Part shown: positions 12,646 to 26,030 of the stretch, piece after piece
How positions within the stretch are numbered: position 1 is the stretch's first letter
Layout: the number at the start of each line of letters is the position of its first letter
DNA from: Ginglymostoma cirratum
Lineage: Eukaryota
Direction of reading: 5' to 3'
Assembly: GCA_024137785.1 (NCBI GenBank)
Contig: JAHRHZ010000263.1
Coordinates: forward strand, 43,732,721 to 43,796,720
Length of the DNA stretch: 64,000 nucleotides
The notes under the pieces: generated by a model
The model's database searches: none
The model's input: the letters and a program-made list of their open reading frames with translations, nothing else
Told to the model about the DNA's origin: nothing
Position numbers and translations under genes: made by a program

Positions 12646-13499
12646 TTTAGTGAACCAGATGGGTTTCTATGACGATCAATGATAGATTCATTTTATAAAA
12701 TCTGAAATTGGTGGCAAGAAAACTATATTTCCACCAGCTGCCTTGGCTATTGATGTTTTAGTTCAGCTCACTGTTTGTATTTCACTCATTTCCTTTTACA
12801 AAACTGCGTGCAAGGCCGGAAATCTGTATTGTTGGGACTAGCTGATCCTTTAAACAGCAGCATCTTAAACTCAAGGTGGTTCATAAAGAGATTTGCACTT
12901 GCTATTGTTTCTCTCTGGGCCTTCACAATGACTTGTCGCAGTGAGTTCAAGCATTCCCTCCTCACTCAACAGTATCAATACACTTTGGTCCCATGTGGCT
13001 AATTTCAACCAATTTGAAGTGATATCCAATGCAATATTTTAGAGCTTCTTCATGAACACAAGCCTTTTTTCAAGTATACCAAGGCAGTGTTTGATTGCTT
13101 TGTGGAGGAAAGCCAATTTCCTGCCACATTCCACCTTTTTTGATAGAGGAGATAAACTGACATATTAGGAAAGCAACTATAGCAACCAAGCTCAATTGAA
13201 GTAATCCCAAGACAGCTTTAGTAGTCAAACAATAGCTTGACCAGCAAGATAGAGACTCAGTCATGCCTTGTGAGTACTTATGTGCTACCTGCATCTACAT
13301 TCAGACCCTATTATTTCTGAATGCCAAAAGAATAGGAACTGTTCAGTCCAAAGGGAAGTAGGTGGCCATGCTCACAAATCATGAAAAGTTAGCCTGTAAA
13401 CAATCCAGAAGATTAGCGGAACAATGTTCTGTTAACTCAAGGGCATTGAAGTAGGAATAGGTGATGTTTCCATTGTGTGACCATGTTATAGTAGGTGTA

Positions 13500-13925
13500 A
13501 AAAAAACAAGAAATCGCAGGCAAGCTGAGCAGGTCTGGCAGCATCTGTGGACAGAAATCACAGTTAACATTTTGGATTGAGTAACCCTTCCTCAGAATTC
13601 ATGGCAGCTAGGAAAATGTCAGTTTATATGCAGAGGATAGTGTGGGGGCTGGGGTTAATGAGTAAATGATAGGTAAAGATAGAGAGCCCAAAAGAGAGAG
13701 AAGAACTGTTGGACAAACAAAAGGAGTGGATAACGATCCGGCTGGGAGGGCTAATAGCTATTAATGGGGATTGTTAGTGATTAACAGCAGGTTGTATGTA
13801 ATAGCAGTGTATCTGATAACAAGGCCTGGAGCGTGGGTGTTGGAGTAAGGACACAGCCCTAAAGTTGAACTCTCAATATTGGCTCTAGAAGGCTGCAGGA
13901 CCTCCAAGCAGAAAATGAGGTTACA
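13500..13925 (-). mobile_element. Older Penelope-like family 3' end
   Basis: AGCAGGTCTGGCAGCATCTGTGGA...CAGTTAACATTT...ACCCTTCCTCAGAA pLTR and GAAGGCTGCAGG...AAGCAGAAAATGAGG GIY-YIG tail. Confidence 0.7.
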
Positions 13926-13930
13926 TCAGG

Positions 13931-14030
13931 ATTTTTTTCTGAAGAAGGGTCGAGGCCCGAAACGTCAGCTTTCCTGCTCCTCTGGTGCTGCTTGGCCTGC
14001 TGTGTTCATCCAGCTCTACTCCTTGTTATC
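13931..14030 (+). mobile_element. About 100 bp solo PLE pLTR with intact hammerhead core
   Basis: CTGAAGA-AGGGTCGAGGCCC-GAAAC-GTC at 13939-13966; flanked by TTACATCA direct repeats (13921 and 14031). Confidence 0.8.
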
Positions 14031-14329
14031 TTACATCAAGTGTTTGTGTTCACTTTAGGAGGTTGCACCTGAGGAAACAGAGGCTGCCCTGGAGGGCACA
14101 CAGAGCAAAGTCACAAGAACAGCTGGCACAAAGCAGGTTTCAATGCCCTCAAGTTTATAAGGCTCAGGGGTACGCTGATCAAGGTCTCTAAAACGACAAA
14201 TAAATTCTCTAGGAACAGAAACTATTCCCTTTGACAAGGGCATTCAGGTCATGGAGGCTTTATTATTAAATTATGGCCATGCCAGTTAGAGGTTATATTA
14301 GAAAACTGAAATATTTCTTTAATCATTCA

Positions 14330-14570
14330 GGGGTTGTGCACTTCGTGGCTGGGCCAGCATTTATTGCCCATAGCTAATTGCTCTGGAGAAGTCTGTACTG
14401 AGCTGCCTTCTTGAATGGCAGCAGTCCATTTAGTGCAGGTACAGCAACAAATGCTGTTGAAGGGGGAGTTCCCGGATTGTGATCCAGCAACAGGGAAAGA
14501 ATGGCAATATATTTCCAAGTCAGGATGGTGAGTGGCTTGGAATTTGCAGGGGTGGTGTCTCAATGTATTT
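14330..14570 (-). mobile_element. CR1-like LINE 3' tail
   Basis: GGCCAGCATTTATTGCCCAT..CTAATTGC...GGGAGTTCC.GGATT.TGA.CCAGC; reverse of the 31250-31520 tail. Confidence 0.75.
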
Positions 14571-14834
14571 TTTACCCCTTTAAAAAAAGTCCTTTGTGGA
14601 TGCCGTTTAAATTTTTAGTTTAACCAATCCATTTTTGTGAGGTAAGAATGTGAAGGCATACTAGCATACATATTGGAAACAGATTTAACTAAGAGACCAA
14701 AACTATATGTAATACTGTAGATGCGCCTACTTTTAGATTCTATTCCCCTTTCTAATCACTTGGTGCACCTGCATACTAACGACTTAAGATTTATGTAGCA
14801 GAACACTTGCAGTATAATGAGAAGAGTATATGAC

Positions 14835-15168
14835 TCCGACATACAGGCCATTCAGCCCATTGAATCTGCACTGACCCTCTGAACAGCATCCTACTGCCCC
14901 CACCCTATCCCTGTAACCACCACTCACCCCCAAATTACCATGGCTCACCCAACCAGCCTGCACATCCCTGGACACTATGCGCAATTTAGAAAACCAATCC
15001 ACCTAACCTGCACATGTTTGGACTGTGGGAGGAAATCTGAACACCTGGAGGAAACCCTCGCAAACACAGGGAGGATGTGCAAACTCCACACAGACAGACA
15101 CGCAAGACAGGAGTCGAACTTGGTTCCCTGATGCTCTGAGGCAGCAGTGCTAACCACTGTGCTGCCCA
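14835..15168 (-). mobile_element. HE1-type V-SINE
   Basis: tRNA-like head GGCAGCACAGTGGTTAGCACTGCTGCCTCA and V domain TGTGTGGAGTTTGCACAT.CTCCCTGTGT..GCG.GGGTTTCCTCC.GGTG. Confidence 0.88.
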
Positions 15169-15179
15169 TGACCAAAACA

Positions 15180-16550
15180 AGTGTTTAACGGAACTCCTGA
15201 GATCAGATGATATTTGCTCTTTGATAAGGGTAGAGACAGATGCAGCAAATTCAGAATAGGGGCCTTCTAGCCAAGTAGAACAGCCTCAACAGTGGCCATA
15301 CATTCAGTTCCTTAATCCAACTCATTCCTATAGATTGTAAATAATTGAGGCCCCTTTAGCTCTAGTAGTTTTCTCAGTGCCCTTTCCCTTATGATGGTAG
15401 TTGTTTATGTTCCTCCCTCATTTCAACACTTGATTTACAGGTATTTCTGGGATATTATTTGTGCCTTCTACAGTGAAGATAAACACAAAATATCTATTCT
15501 TCTGGAATCCTCACTTGGGAACCATCCAGCCTTCAGGAGTCAACATTAGGTTTAATAATTTTAAGAGTACGACCACCTCTTTCCATGTCTACTACTCAGC
15601 CCCTCACTCCAGGTCGTGCCATGAAATTGGCTCTTAACATCACAGCCAACCAATTTTCAAATATTCATAGCCTCCACTATCACCTATCTAGCTTTTCTTC
15701 CCGGACTTACTATCAACAATCCTCTTGTCTGCCTGCCCCTTTTTTCCTGTCTCCTTCTGGGCTCTGTTTCAACTCACTCCTTTCCCTCCACCCCTTGTAA
15801 TCAACATAAATAGCACCTTTTCCTAACTGTTATTGGTTCTGAAGGATCACTTGACTAGAATGCTAAAACTGCTTCTGTGTCTACAAATGCTCAGAGTACT
15901 GAGTTTCTCCAGTAATTTTTATTTGTTACAAGTAATCATTCCATAGTTCCATCATTTCCTTATTTCCCACCATCAATTCCTCAGATTCACTCTGCAGAAC
16001 CAACAGTTACTTTTATTACTGCTTCCTTTATTAAATACTTGTAGAGACTCTTGTGACCTGATTTTATATTTCTAGTTAGTGTTTTCTCTTTCTTTTTAAA
16101 AGAAACTCTCGGTTTGTGCATCATTCTAGAATTTTTCTCTCATTAGAATTTGTCTTTGCACAGACTTATGAAATATCATCACTGTTTGCCACTACATCTC
16201 TACTGCCCTACCCTTCAAATCAATTATAAAGTTGATTTTAGCTTGCTGTTTTCATAACCTTCTAACTGCTTTTACTTAAGTTTAGGACGCTAGTCTTAGA
16301 CCTCAATTTCTCAATCTCAGATGTGAAATTCTTTTATGGTATGATCACTGCTGCCTACAGACTCCTTTACTAGGAGCTCATTAATTAATTCTGTCTCATT
16401 ACACATTACCTGGTCTAAAATAACCTGTTCCCTGGTTAGCTAGAGAATGTGTTGATCTAAGCAAATATCCTAAATGCACTCCATAAACTTATTTTCTGGG
16501 TTACCTACATTAATCTGATTATTAAATCAATATGCAGATTTAAATCACTT
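15180..16550 (-). mobile_element. Very old CR1 ORF2 remnant interrupted by an old PLE 3' end (about 15620-15930, plus strand)
   Basis: Reverse-complement CR1 endonuclease-like TATGATCACTGCTGCCTA...ATTACACATTACC..GTCTAAAATAACCTGTTCCCTGGTT; PLE tail GAGTTTCTCCAG.AATTTT. Confidence 0.55.
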
Positions 16551-17287
16551 CTTTAAAAATGTACTTTAATGGCTGTGGAAATTGCTGCCAAGGCTAGCAT
16601 TTGTTGCCCAACCATGATTGCCCACTGCAGAAGGCAGTTAAGAGCCAAAGCTACATTACTCTGGGTTTGAAGTCACACAGTTCAGACCAGATAATGATAA
16701 CTGATTTCCTTCCAGAAGTGCACTAGTGAATCTCAGGTTTTTACAACAACCAGTGCTAGTATCCATGTCAGTATTATGGAAAACAATTAATTAATCTGCA
16801 ATTTAAAGCTAAATTAAAATTCCACCTAGAACATATTCATCTCTCACCCAATAATCACTAGAAAAACAAGATTACCTACTCATTACAGAGAAGCCTAAGA
16901 CAGCCTACAGAGCTCAAATTAGCTATCATATTTCCTACAATTTAACAGTACTTCATTGGCTGTAATGTGCTCAGAGATATCTAGTAGTTGACAAAAATTA
17001 TTAATACAAATGTAAGGTTTTTTTCATATTAAACTAGTGAGAAATGTCACCAGATAACTATTTGCTTTCATGTCAGAATATACAAGGTCTAAACAAACAC
17101 AGTAGAGTTTCTTCTGGCAGCACCTCCAAAGCTAGCAACCTCTGCCACTGAGAAGGGCAAAGGCAGCAAAGTGCAGGAAACGCCATTTTCAAACTCCTTC
17201 ATTGTTACTGGGCCAAATTTGTCGAACTCCCTCCCTAACAGCACTGTGGGAACACCTTAACCACGTGGTCTTGGGAGTTTTATCTAG

Positions 17288-18012
17288 ATATATGTGGGGT
17301 GCTGCATTTTGGAAAAGCAAATCAGGGTAGGACTTAGACACTCAATGGTAAGATCCTGGGATGTGCTGCCGAACAAAGAGACTTTGGACGGTAGGTTCAT
17401 AGTTCCTTGAAAGTGGAGTCGCAGGTAGATAGGATAGTGAAGAAGGCATTTGGTACACGTGCCTTTATTGGTCAGTGCATTGAGTATAGGGGTTGGGAGG
17501 TCATGTACAGGACATTGGTTAGGCCACTTTTGGAATACTGCATTCAATTCTGGTCTCCCTGAATTCACAATAAATTTACGAAGATATTGTTAGGGTTGGA
17601 GGGTTTGAACTATAGGGTGAGGCTGAATAGGCTGGGGCTCTTTTCCCTGGAGCGTCAAAGGCTGAGGGTGACCTTATAAAATCATGACGGGCATAGATAG
17701 GGTGAATAGTTAAGGCCTCTTCTCCAGGGTAGAGGGTATAGTTTAAGGTGAGACAGGAAAGATTTAAGGACATGAGGGGCAACTTTTTCACGCAGAGGGT
17801 GGTGCATGTGGGGAATGAGCTGCCACAGGTGGTGGAGCAGCTGGGTATAAAAACAACATTTAAAGAGGCATCTGGATGGGTTTAAGAATGGTAAGGGTTT
17901 AGAGGGACATGGGCCAAATGCTGGATGGGACCAGGTTAACTTAGGATACCTGGTCGGCATGGACAATTTGGACTGAAGGGTCTGTTTCTCTACTGTACAT
18001 CTCTACGATTAT
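17288..18012 (+). mobile_element. CR1 3' fragment nested in a CR1-like LINE tail (17100-17270 and 18015-18110)
   Basis: GTGCTGCATTTTGGAAAAGCAAATCAGGG...GGTTAGGCCACTTTTGGAATACTG...CAATTCTGGTCTCC and CR1 3' UTR. Host tail resumes with TTCAAG...GCTCAGCACCACCT.TTCAAGGGCAATTAGGGA. Confidence 0.85.
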
Positions 18013-18577
18013 ATCTTCAAGGAAATGGCTCAGCACCACCTATTCAAGGGCAATTAGGGACTGAAAATAAAGAATGGCCTTGACAGTGATGCCGAAGTCC
18101 AACCTAAAAATCAAGTTCTTTTTTAAAAAAAAAAAAGGTATTGATCCGAAAAGCTGATGAAAATCTGGGAATAGTATACAGACAGAATTTAACTTAATGA
18201 GTCACTAAAGTATTGCCTCAGAGCTGCTTTCAGCATCAGCGGCTGACTCAGTTCTTAGCTTTTGTCAGTGTTATACCAGCTTGTGGAGCTGTTTGGCAGT
18301 CTTTGAAAGTTGATCATACAGGGATAAAAATAATGACATTTGCAAAAAAAATGAGCTAGAAATAGAAGTGCACACAGTCACCAACTTCAAAAGCTCGCAG
18401 GGCTAGAGGAATCAAATAGGGAGTGAAATCCATTGGATCATTCTGTGGAGAGCCAGCATGGACTTGATGGGCCAACAAACCTCCTTCCAAGCTATAAGCG
18501 ATTTTGTAAAATTTTGAAGATTTTCCAAAAATGTTGATGATTTGGTGAAGGTTCTTGTGTTATGCTGCCAGGTAATT

Positions 18578-19690
18578 ATTCATTCATGAGATGTGGGCAT
18601 CTCTGGCAAGGCCAGAGTTTACTGCCCATTCTGAATTGTCTTTGAGAAAAAGGGATTGAGAGTTGCTTTCTTGAACCACCACAGTCCTTTTAGGTGTAGG
18701 GTCATACACAAAGTTCTGTTAGGAAGGGAGCTGCAGGATTTTTGACCTTGCAAGTGAACCAATGGTGATATTTTTCCAAATCAGGACAGTGAGATACTTA
18801 GAGGGGTCCTTGCAGGTGGTGGTGTGCATCTGCTTGCATATCTAGGTAGCAGCAGTCGTGGGTATAGGAGGTTCTGTTGAAAGGGATGCCGCAACACATT
18901 TTGCAAATGTGACCTCTGTTCCCCTGTCCATCGGTACTGGAGGAAATAAATGTTTAAAGTTGATGGGGTATCAATCAAGCAGGCTGCATTGTCCTGGATG
19001 GTGTCAATGTTTCAGCACTGTTGAAGGTCACTCACCCTGGCAAGAAGGAAGGGAGTATCCCACCACACTCCTGACTTGTGCCTTGCCATCACTGGCCAGA
19101 CTTGAGTCAGGAGGGGAATTACTGAATGCAGAATTCCCAACTTCTGACTAGCTGTTGCAGTCACAATATTTACATAACTGGTCCGGTTCAGGTTCTGGTC
19201 AATGGTAATCCCCAGGTTTTTAATAGCTGGGGATTAGTGACAGCAATGCCAGTAAATATCATGGGCAGATGGTTAGATTCTCTTGCTGGGGTCACTGCCT
19301 GGCACATACTGTAATATTAGGGCTATACATTAGCTTAAGTGTGACATTATTCAGATGTTGCCTCACAAATGGACACAGACTCCTCCAGTATCCGAGGAGC
19401 TGCAAATGGTGCTCAACATCAACTTTGCCATTTCTGACCTTACAATGTGGGAAAAGCCATTGATTAAGCAACTGAAGATAAAGGAACTCCTGCAGTGATA
19501 CCCTGGTACTGGTGTGATGTTCAACAGCTACAACCATCTTCCTTTGTTGCCAGTGGGAGAGTTTTACCCCCAATTTTCACTGACTCCAGTTTTACCAGGA
19601 TTACTTGATGCCACACTTTGTCAAATGCTACCTAAAGTGAAGGATCCATGGCATCAGGGCTTATAGCTTTTATGGTATCCAATACCTTGA
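18578..19690 (-). mobile_element. Decayed CR1-like LINE (family of 30112-31540)
   Basis: Reverse-complement tail GATGTGGGCATC.CTGGC.AGGCCAG..TTTA.TGCCCAT and GGGAGTAT.CCA.CACACTCCTGACTTGTGCCTTG. Confidence 0.8.
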
Positions 19691-19999
19691 CTTTTACAGA
19701 GATACACTACATCTGGCTATCAGTGAGGGTGGGGCCACTTGAAGCCTTATTCTTCTGTTATTTGTTTAAAATCAACCACAGCCATTCGTGGCAGGACTGC
19801 AGAGCTCGGATTGGATCTGTTTGTTAACAGACCACTTAGCAGTATCATGTACTGCTTATACTGTTTAGTGTCCCATCCACAAAAACACCTCTATCAGACA
19901 ACATTCACTTACCAACTAATCAGTACCCTCTTCTCATGCAGTATAAATTATCGCCTATGATGAGATTTGGTATTCTTGCAATTATGTCCTAAAGACTGC

Positions 20000-20340
20000 A
20001 AGAGGTAATCAACCGCTGGAAGGTTGTTCCAGATGGACAGAATCCAGGGCTAGGGGTCACAGTCTAAGAACACACAGACAGCCATTTACGACAGAGATGA
20101 AAACAACACTTTTCAACCAGACCGAGAATTCCACAGACTCACCACACAAAATCACAGAAAACAATTGAGGCCAAAACATTCTAGGATTTCAAGAAGGTGT
20201 TAGGTACAACACTTAGGGCTAAAGGGATCAAAGTTTATGGGGAAAATAGGCAATTGAATTGGATGATCAGTTATATCATAATGAATGGCGGATCTGGTCA
20301 GAAGGGCTGAATGGCCTTATACTGCTCCTATTTGCTGTGG
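20000..20340 (+). mobile_element. CR1 3' fragment
   Basis: TCCAGGGCTAGGGGTCACAGTCTAAG...AAAGGGATCAAAG.TTATGGGGA...GGGCTGAATGGCCT. Confidence 0.7.
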
Positions 20341-20573
20341 CTCTACTTTACCTGACTAATATTAATGCACCTGCTTTTTCAGTTCTGGCACTAATAACAA
20401 TGCTGTTTACAGCTCCTTTGGAGAGTATACAGTGTATTCCCACATTTAATTATTGATTACTGATTTCTTGGGTGGTAAAGATGGGGGCAGGTGAGATTAT
20501 TTGGAAGTTGAATGAGTTAGCATTTGTCAACCCAGTAGTTGAAGATTAATCTCTTGGATTACTGGATGCTGGG

Positions 20574-20673
20574 NNNNNNNNNNNNNNNNNNNNNNNNNNN
20601 NNNNNNNNNNNNNNNNNNNNNNNNNNNNNNNNNNNNNNNNNNNNNNNNNNNNNNNNNNNNNNNNNNNNNNNNN

Positions 20674-20713
<40 letters not shown>
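20574..20713. other. Assembly gap (100 N) followed by a 40-nt poly-C run
   Basis: N 20574-20673, C 20674-20713. Confidence 0.95.
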
Positions 20714-21027
20714 ACGGAAAAAAGAAAATCAGACTTACAGAGAAGTGATTTGCTTCATTTACTATTTACCCTTTCCTGTATTAATAATGTTTTAAACATT
20801 CGAGATGGAAAAACGTGTTATTTAACCAGGTGCTCGAAAATCTTAAGTATCATTAAAATAGACATTAAAGGCTGAAAATTAGTGATAATAAACACAAAAC
20901 TCACTAACACTGTTTTATTAGACACTGCACTTTCAGGAGAAAAAAGTGAAAAAACTTGAAAGGTGCAGAAAAGCTTCATGTAAGTGGTTCTAGAAACCGA
21001 GAGCTTCAGGAGAGGTAGCCTAAAATT

Positions 21028-21524
21028 ATCCACCATCTACAAGGCATAAGTCAGAAGTGTGATGGAATACTCCCCACTCGCCTGGATGAGTGCAGTTCCC
21101 ACAACACAAGAAGCTTGACATTATCCAGGCCAAAACAGCCCATTTGATTGGTACCACATCCACAAACATCCATTCACTCCATCACTTCCCATTCAGTAGC
21201 AGCAGTGTGAACCATCTACAAGCTACACTGCAGAAATTTACGAAAGTTCCTTAGACAGCACCTTCCAAACCCACGACCACTGCACCTAGATGCATAAAGG
21301 TAGCAGATACACAAAAACACCCCACCACCTACAAGTTCCTTCAGATGCAACTCACCATCCAGAAATAGAAAAATATCTCCTTTCCTTCAGTATCACTGGA
21401 TCAAAATCTTGGAACTTCCTCCCTATTGGGTCTACCTGTAGTTCAGGACAGCAGCTCACCACCACTTTCAAGGCCAATTAAGGATGAGCATTAAATGCTG
21501 GCTCATGAATAAATTTTTCAAAAA
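21028..21524 (+). mobile_element. CR1-like LINE 3' fragment
   Basis: High similarity to 30990-31520 (TCCACCATCTACAAGGCA.AAGTCAG.AGTGTGATGGAATACTCCCCACT). Confidence 0.88.
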
Positions 21525-24500
21525 GTAGGCCAGAGAAGAGTTAGGAATGTTTCCCTTAACAAAAGGCAGCTAAGAAGAGATTCATAGAGTCATACAGCAT
21601 GGAAACAGGTCTTTCAGTCCAGTTAGTCCATGCTAACCATGGTCACCCGACCTTCAACAGCTATCTTAGGTCAAGGAACATTGTACATTAACTTGGTATT
21701 CAGCTTCTGCTACCTACCATTTAAACCAAATCTAAACACCCTTTCGATAGAGGTTTTCAAAATTTTGTATGGTTACTGATTGAGTATATAGGGTGAAACT
21801 ACTCCCACTCTTGACAAGGATCAAGAGTAAGTGGGCACAAAAGGAACTGGTAATAGGCAACAAAAATGACAAAGGAAAATCTCTTTCACTGTGAGCTGAC
21901 AGGGTATGGAATACACTGAACAGGATTTGTACTGCGAAGTTGCCGTGACAGGAGAAGTGCATAAATGGGCTCATGGTGAATCAGTAACCTGTCTTACAGC
22001 GTACATGATTCTCCACAGTCTTCCCCATGGATTGGTTTTTTTGTCTTTTTTTGACTACTTATCATCATCATTATTTCATTCTACATATCAAAAAAAAATT
22101 GTAAAAGATAGTGATAAAGTTGTGTTGCATAGAAGAGATTAGAAATGTATTGAGAAGCAGCAAATCAGCAGATATGTTGATCAAGGAAACAAAGATACAA
22201 ATATGAACCAGTCTTTGTCTTCTAGACTCCTAAAAGTTTTATCACACAGAGACAGCAAAGTGCTCAGACAGTGATGACCTAGGTTGACTAATCACATCAT
22301 TTTGCTGCTCAGGAGTTATTTGGTCTTTCAACCCTGTGAGAATACCGATACGAAGGTTTCAGTTTTGAGAAGTCATTATATCTTGTTTCCATGCAGGAAA
22401 AAGTCTTCAACATCTCATGCAGTTTATCTGGGTTGCAAGCACCAGTGCTAACTTTCCACCCCCCCGCCCCCCAACATGAATTTACAGATTACGCGCACAT
22501 AGTGCAATGTTAACAGTGCGTTAATGGGGTGGTCAACAAAAACAATGTTATCCTCAGTGTTAGAAGTCAAAGGGATATTTTCCTGTCAAATTAATAACAT
22601 CATGCAATATCGTGAAAAGTAAAATTTGTCCTATGTAGTTTGTTTACTAATGGAAAAATGTGTTATTTAATTGTAGGTAGGATCATCGACCAAAGTCCAC
22701 TTAAACTAATATTGCATTATATCATTGCTGCTCTTAACACTGAGGACCCACGTTGCACACATCAGGTTATATTGTTTTCTCAGAATGCTAACAATGGCTG
22801 TTATCACTTTATCCTGACCTTTCTGGAATTGTTTGGTGAACTGGTTGGTGAACCTTGAAAGAGGGAAAAGCAATACGCATGATTAAGGGTGAGGGCTAGT
22901 GGGCAGTGAATAATGCAGCCTGGACACAGGAAAAGTGCCATGATTGTTCCCTGGGCCCTGATCAAAACTGCATAGGATGCAAGGGGAGAGTACAATTGTG
23001 GAAACAAGTTGTCAGTATTAACTGCACACAAAGTTCATCACGTTGTTAGCTTGCACTCCAGATAAGCAGTAAATCGCTGCAGCAATTAATTCCAGCAGGT
23101 TATTGTCAAACTGCAATTACTTACGTTATAGGTAGATTTCTGCTGCAGTTTTATTACAGGTCCTCAAACTTAGTACCTGCTCATATCAGAAAAGGCCTTG
23201 AAATAATTAACATATGCATACCTTATAACGCAAATGGCAAATGTACAATTAGCAATGTGAGAAACTAGTATAAATTAAACCAATATCATTTTATTTACTT
23301 CTTCCCTACAACCAATAGGGCAAAATCAAAGGACAATTACAGATTGGGAACGCACATTCATTGTGCCTTGATTGACATATACAGGACAAGTTCCCCTCCA
23401 AATCATACACCACACTGGCTCAGAAATATAATCGTCGTTCCTTTATGGTTATTGGGTCAAAATTCTGGAATTCCCCTCCTAACATTGTTGATGTTCATAA
23501 AGACTACACCAGTTTAAATCAGTAGCTCACCAACACTTTCTCAAGGGCCATTAGGAATGGACTAGCTTTGTTTCCCTGTGATGTCCACATCCCACAATTA
23601 AATAAAAAGCAGTATCGGGGGATTCTGTTAATTGAAAGGTGCTATTGAAATGCAAGTGATTGTTAATATTAAGATAATTGACTGCATTTACTCTGAAACT
23701 TAACACGTTCAGGTTACTGGTATAATGCATTAAGCTATTTTTGTGAGCCAAATTATTTGGTAGGTAGGACTTCTTCTTCTGAAGAGGAAGTGTTACTAGC
23801 CTACTACTGAAAAGGAACTTTCTGACTTTTTAAAAAGGACATGGCATTTATGAGAGGTTGTTCACTAATTTTTTTTAAGTGACATTTAAATATGTGCATA
23901 AATATGTGTCATGGCAATCACTTTGCATCTATTTGCACCAGTGTATTAGCCATTAACAAAATGATGGGTAGTGCTGCTAAGGGAGAAGTCAGCACGAAAA
24001 AGGCAAAATAAAAAAAATGCAGAAGATTCAGCAAAGACACAGAAACACACAGCCAGAGACAGAGACAGAGATAAAGGAGGGGAACAGGAAAGTGGGAAAG
24101 TGGCAAAGTGGCAAAAGGGATGGGGGAAAAAAAAAAGGCATAAGAGGTGTTGTATGGGCATGCCAACTCATTATGTTTACTTGCTGCCACCATCCTCTTT
24201 AAAAGATGAGTGAAACTCCCAAGGTCTGCTTGGTCTAGTAGAGGAAGACCATTTCTTGGTCTAATTAGACAAGTCTCGAAGTTAACAAGATATTTAAAAT
24301 TTATTGCATATTTGCAACTAGCTAGTTACAGGTTATATTGACGTGGCAAACGCTGTTAGAGATTTTGACAAGGATCTGATGTTAGCTCATTCCTTCCATA
24401 CCTTGAGCTGTTCTGCTCACAAGTCCATCTAACATCATACTGTCCAATGATGGTGCTATTATTTGGAGGGAGGGGGGAAAGAAGGAGGAAGAGTATTTAG

Positions 24501-25029
24501 TTTTTGTTTGTCCCCCCCGACAGTCTGAGGTCTGCAGGTTCCTTGGAATTGGAGACTCTTTAATCACTTCGATTTTCTTTGCACAGAATGTCTTCCCTGC
24601 TGAATCAGACAATTTCTTCCTTGCAGTGTTTTGTATGAGTGAACTTCAGTCATCCTTTCTCAGTGTTGGCTTCCATGGAGTTGCACACACCACATCTTCA
24701 ATTTACATCAACACATTGTCACTGTAAACCACCCATAAATTTGTGCTGTAGCGTGTCCACCTTTTACTTCTGCATTTTGATTGATTTAGATGCTCTCATT
24801 TCCCCATGACAATTGCATTATTGATGAAACTAACATGTTCATTCAGCTACTATTTGAGGATGCACTTGGCTTTGCACAATCTGTCACAGTTCATGAGGAT
24901 TCTTCAGCATCTAACATCAGACTTTTACTCCTTGTTGAGCTGTAACATTAGCTGCTTTACATGTATATTTACATTAAAAATCATTGAATCAGGAACTGAG
25001 CATGTTAATCTACAATTTGGAGAGGATTC

Positions 25030-25650
25030 TGTATCTTAGAATCAGGAGTCGGCAATTTGACCCTTTGGCTATGGCCATATTGAATGGCAGAGCAGGCTCA
25101 ATCATCTAACCCAGCACACTGTTCCTGCTTTCTCCCCGTACCTTTTGATCCCTTTAGCCCAAGAACTGTATCCAACTCCTTCTTGAAAGCATTCAAGTTT
25201 TGGCCCTGATCATTTTCTATGGTAGACAATTCCACAGGCTCACCACTCTAAGTGGAGAGATTTCTCCTCATCTATCCTAAATGCCCTGCCCTCTATCATT
25301 AGACTGTGACCTCTGGCTCCGCATTCCCCAGTCTTTGGGAACATCCTTCCTGCATTTTTCTGTTTTGCTGAAGAGAATTTGACAGGTTTCTATAAGACTC
25401 CCCTGACTCTTCTCAACTTCAGTGAATATCATTCTGAGTAATTCAGTCTCATACCAGTTCTGCCAATCCAGGAATCAGTCTGGCAAAACTCTGCTGGATT
25501 CCCTCCATTACCAGGTATCATTCCTCAGATAAGGAGGCCTAAACAGCACACAGTACTCCAGGTGTGTGCTCCCTTAAGGCTGTGTACAACTGTTGCAAGA
25601 CATCCTTGCTCCTATATACAAATTTTTTTGCTGTGATGACCAACATCATT
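25030..25650 (-). mobile_element. CR1 3' fragment
   Basis: TTCCTGCTTTCTCCCCGTACCTTTTGATCCCTTTAGCC...CACACAGTACTCCAGGTGTG, reverse of the CR1 3' region. Confidence 0.8.
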
Positions 25651-25824
25651 TACCTTGTTGTCACATCAGAAAATGTTTTCTCCAAGGTGTCTAATTCTAT
25701 ATTCCACTTAAAAGACTTGTAATAACAATTCTGTTGCTCCTTGTCACCAAATTGGTGGGTTTTCATGCTTTGTGGCTAAGTGGATGCTTCCTGACAGTTT
25801 TTGGAAGTGTCACTGTACAAATCA

Positions 25825-26030
25825 GAAAAAACGGAAATTTCTGGAAAAGCTCAGCAAGTCTGGCAGCATCTGTAAAGGAAAGAACAGTTACCGTTTCGGG
25901 TCCGGTGAGTTCTTAGGAAGGGTCACTGGACCTGAAACGTTAACTGTTTTTTCCTTCACAGATGTTGCCAGACTTGCTGAGCTTTTCCAGCAATTTGTTT
26001 TGTTTCCTGATCTACAGCATCCGCAGTTCT
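25825..26030. mobile_element. Palindromic older-family PLE pLTR element
   Basis: CTGGAAAAGCTCAGCAAGTCTGGCAGCATCTGT...GTTTC followed by its reverse complement GAAACGTTAACTG...ACAGATGTTGCCAGACTTGCTGAGCTTTTCCAG. Confidence 0.8.

Noticed and set aside
14835-15168. tRNA gene
   Set aside because: The tRNA-like A/B boxes are the head of an HE1 SINE; no full cloverleaf. The same applies at 38453-38813 and 6005-6250.
20674-20713. 40-nt poly-C as a poly-Pro/Gly coding or structural element
   Set aside because: Abuts a gap; length is unreliable and probably a sequencing or assembly artefact.
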